From the sequence record MG018928.1: a DNA stretch of 32,000 nucleotides; one strand, given 5' to 3'. The translations under genes and the position numbers were made by a program. The notes under the pieces are model-generated. The model was not told where the DNA came from and searched no databases. It saw nothing but the letters and a program-made list of their open reading frames with translations. The DNA comes from Pseudomonas phage inbricus. This document shows, one piece after another, positions 28,331 through 32,000 of the stretch. Position 1 is the first letter of the stretch, and each line of letters begins with the position of its first letter.

Positions 28331-29488
28331 ATGAACGAAGAACAACTTCTCCGTGAACTGGATAAGGTCAAGGCCAAGGCGTTCTTCGGTCAGAATGCTG
28401 CCTTCTTGGCTCCGATCCTGTGCTCCATGCGTTTCGCGTGGGATAACAATCAGCCGACGGCCAGCACTGATGGTATTGACCTGACGTGGAACAGCGACTG
28501 GTTTCAGAAGTTGCTGTTCGATGCCCGTGTGACTGTGCTGATGCACGAACTCTGGCACGTTGCCCGTATGCACATGCTCCGCCGTGGGGGACGTGATCCC
28601 CTGTGGTGGAACTACGCATGTGACATCTGGATCAACAACATGCTGGAGTCCCAGAAGTACAGCTTCAAGGGCATCGAAGACTGCTGGAAAGACCGTCAGT
28701 ATGACGGGATGGTTGAAGAGGACATCTATGATGCGATCTACAACCCCCAGCAGCCGCCTCCGCCCCCACCGAGTGCTGGTGCATTCGGTGATCCGGGTGG
28801 TGGTGGAGATATGGCCCCACCACCGATGGGTGGCACGGAAGCGCAAGCTGCGAAGAACGATGTGCTGAACACCGTTGTTCGTGCCATGCACCAAGCCGCC
28901 ATGAGCGGGAACCAAGCAGGGACAATGCCCGGCGATCAGAAGGAGTTGATCAAGCAATTCCTGAAGCCCGTCGTACCTTGGCAACGTCTGCTGGGCCGTT
29001 TCTTCACCGACATGTTGGACGAGGACTACACATGGCGTCGGCCTAACCGTCGTCACTCCGACATCTACCTGCCATCCCGTTTCACGGATGATGGCCGGTT
29101 GGAGCATCTGGCGTATTACCTCGACGTGTCGGGGTCAATCACCAAGAAGGATGTGCTCCGCTTCAACTCCGAAGTAAAGCACGTCAAGGACTTCCACAAG
29201 CCCGAGAAGATGACCCTTGTTCAGTTCGATACCCGTATCGCTGACGAGATGGTCATTGAGGATAACGACTCGTTCGACGAGGTAGTTATTCGTGGGGGTG
29301 GAGGCACCTGTTTGGTCCCTGTGCGAGAGCACATCATCAAGACCAAGCCGACTGCCGCCATCATCTTCACCGATCTGGAAGTTGCTCCGATGGAGAAGCT
29401 CCCGTTCGACATCCCAGTCATCTGGGTGGTGATTCGCAACACTCGTGCAAAGGTTCCCTTTGGCGAGATCATCAACATCAATCAGTGA
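28331..29488 (+). CDS. putative metallopeptidase-like + VWA-like protein (N4 gp25-like)
   Basis: 385 aa; HELWH (HExxH) near the N-terminus, VWA/MIDAS-like YLDVSGSITKKD, AAIIFTDLE. Confidence 0.8.
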   Translation: MNEEQLLRELDKVKAKAFFGQNAAFLAPILCSMRFAWDNNQPTASTDGIDLTWNSDWFQKLLFDARVTVLMHELWHVARMHMLRRGGRDPLWWNYACDIWINNMLESQKYSFKGIEDCWKDRQYDGMVEEDIYDAIYNPQQPPPPPPSAGAFGDPGGGGDMAPPPMGGTEAQAAKNDVLNTVVRAMHQAAMSGNQAGTMPGDQKELIKQFLKPVVPWQRLLGRFFTDMLDEDYTWRRPNRRHSDIYLPSRFTDDGRLEHLAYYLDVSGSITKKDVLRFNSEVKHVKDFHKPEKMTLVQFDTRIADEMVIEDNDSFDEVVIRGGGGTCLVPVREHIIKTKPTAAIIFTDLEVAPMEKLPFDIPVIWVVIRNTRAKVPFGEIININQ

Positions 29489-29495
29489 GGCCAAC

Positions 29496-30005
29496 ATGGT
29501 CAAGAACGGTAATCCCCTGCTGTGGGCCAAGCCCATCGAAGGCATGGCCATCGGCAAGGAAACTTCCGGTGGTGTCACATACGGTCTCGGAGAGGCTGGG
29601 TACGACATCCGCATCAAACAGGAGATCACCTTCTACTGCTTTTTGTGGTTGTTGCCCCTCATCAAGGTGACTGATGGCGACCGCTCCAAGTGGTTCTTTG
29701 GGCGGTTCGTCCTCGCATCGGCTGTGGAGAAATTCCGCATGCCGTCCGACTTGGTAGGCATCGTCCATGACAAATCGTCGTGGGCACGTCGTGCCTTGTC
29801 GGTCTTCAACACGGTCATCGAACCGGGTTGGAAAGGCTATCTCACTCTGGAATTGGTGTTTCATGGTCGCAAGACTGTGAAAATCCCCGCTGGTTCGGGC
29901 ATCGCTCAGGTATTGTTCCACACCCTGAACGAGAAACGGACCTACGAGGGACGCTACCAAGATCAGGCTGATCGGCCTGTGGAAGCAAAAAGCGTGGTAT
30001 CTTGA
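29496..30005 (+). CDS. dcd: dCTP deaminase/dUTPase-family protein
   Basis: 169 aa; GEAGYDIRIKQE, HDKSSWAR, NTVIEPGWKGYLTLELVFHG, IPAGSGIAQVLFH. Confidence 0.8.
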   Translation: MVKNGNPLLWAKPIEGMAIGKETSGGVTYGLGEAGYDIRIKQEITFYCFLWLLPLIKVTDGDRSKWFFGRFVLASAVEKFRMPSDLVGIVHDKSSWARRALSVFNTVIEPGWKGYLTLELVFHGRKTVKIPAGSGIAQVLFHTLNEKRTYEGRYQDQADRPVEAKSVVS

Positions 30006-30046
30006 AACCTTTCGTGGGGTGAGGCACCCCTGATAGGAGAAACGGC

Positions 30047-30196
30047 ATGATGCTTCTTCGCTGGATCGCAGCACTGTTCCCGGTCTCGGGAATGCTGCTG
30101 CCGACGCAGGAACCTGTGGTACGCCCTCGCCACAACGCCGTGGTTGTCATTGCCTCTGGAAAGGTCAAACGACCGGAACAAGACGACTACGGCTAG
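30047..30196 (+). CDS. hypothetical small protein
   Basis: 49 aa: MMLLRWIAALFPVSGMLLPTQEPVVRPRHNAVVVIASGKVKRPEQDDYG; RBS AGGAG. Confidence 0.45.
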   Translation: MMLLRWIAALFPVSGMLLPTQEPVVRPRHNAVVVIASGKVKRPEQDDYG

Positions 30197-30235
30197 GTAC
30201 GTTCTCATGAGAGGACACCTGCCAAGTTGAGGATA

Positions 30236-30259
30236 GAAGCCCCCTCTTTTGGGGGCTTC
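30236..30259 (+). terminator. terminator-like hairpin before the tRNA/ncRNA region
   Basis: GAAGCCCCC-TCTTTT-GGGGGCTTC. Confidence 0.65.
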
Positions 30260-30452
30260 GCCACATCTAGACCTTGAGTCTGTGCTTTCTCCACAGAGGT
30301 GGAACCAGAGAGCACAGATCAAAGGAGGCCAACCACATGCTGGCCGTACTGGATACCCGTTCGATTCGGAAATGCTCTGGTGAGCGCAATGTGAGCGAGG
30401 CCCGCTGGGGGATCAGCCGTACTCTGTACGCAAACCCGAAAAGCCATGTGAC

Positions 30453-30575
30453 TACGTGAAGAAGCTCAAAAGGTACGCCTTGTGGGTTCGAGTCCCATCT
30501 CCAGCAATGGAGTAGGCAAATTGGCAAAGCCAGTGGAAGCACGTATGAGCGACAGTTCCCGATCTGTAAAATCGG
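30453..30575 (+). ncRNA. tRNA-like element with permuted arm order (unresolved)
   Basis: GTGGG-TTCGAGT-CCCAT (T arm, 30482-30498); CTCCA-GCAA-TGGAG (30499-30512); TA; GGC-AAATTGGCAAA-GCC (D arm, 30515-30531); CCGAT-CTGTAAA-ATCGG (30559-30575). Confidence 0.45.
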
Positions 30576-30587
30576 ACCTAATTCAAT

Positions 30588-30678
30588 GGGAGCTTGGCTG
30601 AGTGGCTTAAAGCACCCGCCTTCTAATCGGGCGACGGATTGCATCCGTCCGTGGGTTCAAATCCCACAGCTCCCGCCA
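30588..30678 (+). tRNA. type-II (Ser-like) tRNA with UCU anticodon, CCA encoded
   Basis: GGGAGCT/AGCTCCC acceptor, 3-bp D stem with GG, anticodon loop CTTCTAA, variable arm ACGGAT-TGC-ATCCGT, T arm GTGGG-TTCAAAT-CCCAC, G73, CCA. Confidence 0.85.
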
Positions 30679-30866
30679 GAATTGTGGCTGCTACCGGGTT
30701 GTCCGGGAAAGCGCCATGATGGGCTGTTTCGTCGGTTCAGCGACTTGAAAAAACCGACACCCTTCTGACCCCCAGAAACCCTCGGCCTTCGGGCTGAGGG
30801 GAGTATGGCAACATTGACGTGTTGGCAGGCATGCCAGCACCCAATAGGTGGATCGCTACCACCTTG
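30679..30866 (+). ncRNA. structured noncoding interval, multiple strong hairpins
   Basis: Hairpins at 30731-30758, 30779-30800 (9 bp, UUCG), 30819-30840 (9 bp) and 30846-30864 (6 bp). Confidence 0.4.
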
Positions 30867-30959
30867 GGCCGAGTGACGGAATTGGTAGACGTGGACTCCT
30901 TCAACCGGAGTCTGGGATCGCTGCGAAGCCCCGTGCAGGTTCGACTCCTGCCTCAATCG
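30867..30959 (+). tRNA. Leu(CAA)-like type-II tRNA with atypical acceptor; possible degenerate or decoy gene
   Basis: TGACGGAATTGGTAGACGT D arm, 6-bp anticodon helix with loop TTCAACC, variable arm GGG..GCT-GCGA-AGC-CCC, T arm GCAGG-TTCGACT-CCTGC; two C.A mismatches in the acceptor. Confidence 0.6.
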
Positions 30960-31024
30960 CCCTAAATCATCAACCCAACAAGACAGAGCCATGCTCTGTC
31001 TTTTTCATTTCCAGAGGAACCGCT

Positions 31025-31318
31025 ATGACTCGTGAAGAGTTCGACAATGCAGTAGCTGTCGGCCCCAAGCTGATGGTTCGTTTTACCGCTTCGTGGTGTG
31101 GACCGTGCAAGGTCTACGGACCTGTCTTCGACGAAGTGCTGGACAAGCACCCCGAGGTCAACACGCTGGTCATCGACGCCGACTCCAACAAGGAACTGTG
31201 TGCCTCGTTGGGCGTCCGTGGCCTGCCCACCACCATGCGTTTCGAGAACGGCGCTCTCTACTCCACCAAGGTGGGTAGCCTGACTGCCGGACAACTCGAA
31301 ACCATTCTGGCGGGGTAA
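31025..31318 (+). CDS. thioredoxin-like protein
   Basis: 97 aa; LMVRFTASWCGPCKVYGPVFDEV...VRGLPTTMRFENG (WCGPC and cis-Pro). Confidence 0.92.
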   Translation: MTREEFDNAVAVGPKLMVRFTASWCGPCKVYGPVFDEVLDKHPEVNTLVIDADSNKELCASLGVRGLPTTMRFENGALYSTKVGSLTAGQLETILAG

Positions 31319-31324
31319 GTCGCT

Positions 31325-31612
31325 ATGTCCATCCTTGATGAACTCGACTTCTCCAAACTGGAACAGCGGATCATCGCCGGGATGGACATCGGAATGCTCG
31401 GTGGGGACCGATCTGTAATGGTTTGTGTGGGTGTTGACTCTGGCATCAAAGGGCTGAAAGCCGAGGTCATGTACCTCGACGACATCTACATTGAGCCAGA
31501 TACGCGAAGTAGCCTCGAAGCAGAGGTCGATGCGTACCTTGCGAAAGCATGGGCACCACAAAAGAAGCAGCGTAAGCAGCTACCCTACTACCACCACCGA
31601 CGGAGGTTCTGA
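31325..31612 (+). CDS. hypothetical protein
   Basis: 95-aa ORF. Confidence 0.6.
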   Translation: MSILDELDFSKLEQRIIAGMDIGMLGGDRSVMVCVGVDSGIKGLKAEVMYLDDIYIEPDTRSSLEAEVDAYLAKAWAPQKKQRKQLPYYHHRRRF

Positions 31613-31614
31613 TC

Positions 31615-31788
31615 ATGGATCAGTTCATCACCGGGACTCACATCACGATGATCGAGTCCTTGGCTCGGAATCACGGATGGGATGGTTCCCAGAACCTCTA
31701 TCTGTGGTTATCCACCAAACTCAGAGAGGGTCGTGAGGCCATCTCTATCGTGGAGCGCTGGGAAGACGTATCGCGCCAAGGCCGGTAA
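31615..31788 (+). CDS. hypothetical small protein
   Basis: 57 aa: MDQFITGTHITMIESLARNHGWDGSQNLYLWLSTKLREGREAISIVERWEDVSRQGR. Confidence 0.5.
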   Translation: MDQFITGTHITMIESLARNHGWDGSQNLYLWLSTKLREGREAISIVERWEDVSRQGR

Positions 31789-32000
31789 TGGCCAAGCGAA
31801 CCGATGGTCTGTTGGGTGCCGCCCATTGGGGCACATCAATGGACCCTACCCACGTTCAGCGATTCCGTGACAACACGGACAAGCTGGTTCACTACTCGTT
31901 CAAGTCTCAGAAGTGCCCTGTGTGTCGCAAGATGCGATCCATCCGGCAATTCAAGGAGGGGCGTCAGGCGTGCCTGTCATGCCCTGAACCAAAGGAGTAA
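31788..32000 (+). CDS. small zinc-ribbon-like protein
   Basis: 70 aa with CPVC...CLSC; start overlaps the previous stop (TAATG). Confidence 0.6.
   Translation: MAKRTDGLLGAAHWGTSMDPTHVQRFRDNTDKLVHYSFKSQKCPVCRKMRSIRQFKEGRQACLSCPEPKE

Noticed and set aside
28244-29107. 287-aa minus-strand ORF in the VWA gene
   Set aside because: Antisense to a supported gene; no motif.
30404-30506. Normal-order tRNA using GCTGGGG (30404-30410) with CTCCAGC (30499-30505)
   Set aside because: The 7-bp acceptor pairing (one G.U) is possible, but I could not find a D arm or anticodon arm at normal spacing in the 103-nt span. Kept only as a competing alternative to the permuted reading.

Overview
The window is about half of an N4-like (Schitoviridae-type) podophage genome, probably from a rotated or circularised assembly. 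Minus strand, 1-14861: a late module with, right to left, a conserved 232-aa protein, a gp69-like protein, large terminase, tail-tube-like protein, appendage/fibre with V/N repeats, a 1395-aa tail sheath/appendage protein, a 421-aa structural protein, a lysis cassette (TM protein, holin-like ORF interrupted by TGA, GH108-type muramidase, Rz with embedded Rz1), portal, and the start of another gene. Plus strand, 14999-32000: an early/middle module with many small ORFs, a SLOG (DUF2493) protein, a macro-like protein, a split two-gene T7-like RNA polymerase (N4 gp15/gp16 type), an Ig-like protein, HNH proteins, a DUF4326-like protein, a MoxR-like AAA+ ATPase paired with a HExxH + VWA protein, a dCTP deaminase-like protein and a thioredoxin-like protein. 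The most unusual part is the ~760-nt noncoding interval 30197-30962. It holds (a) a tRNA-like element whose arms occur in circularly permuted order (T arm, GNRA-capped acceptor-like stem, TA, D arm, anticodon-like arm); (b) a well-folded type-II serine-like tRNA carrying a UCU (Arg) anticodon; (c) a series of strong hairpins; (d) an atypical Leu(CAA)-like tRNA. A second notable feature is an in-frame TGA splitting a two-TM holin-like ORF. Family assignments come from recalled motifs and gene order. No database search or folding program was run.
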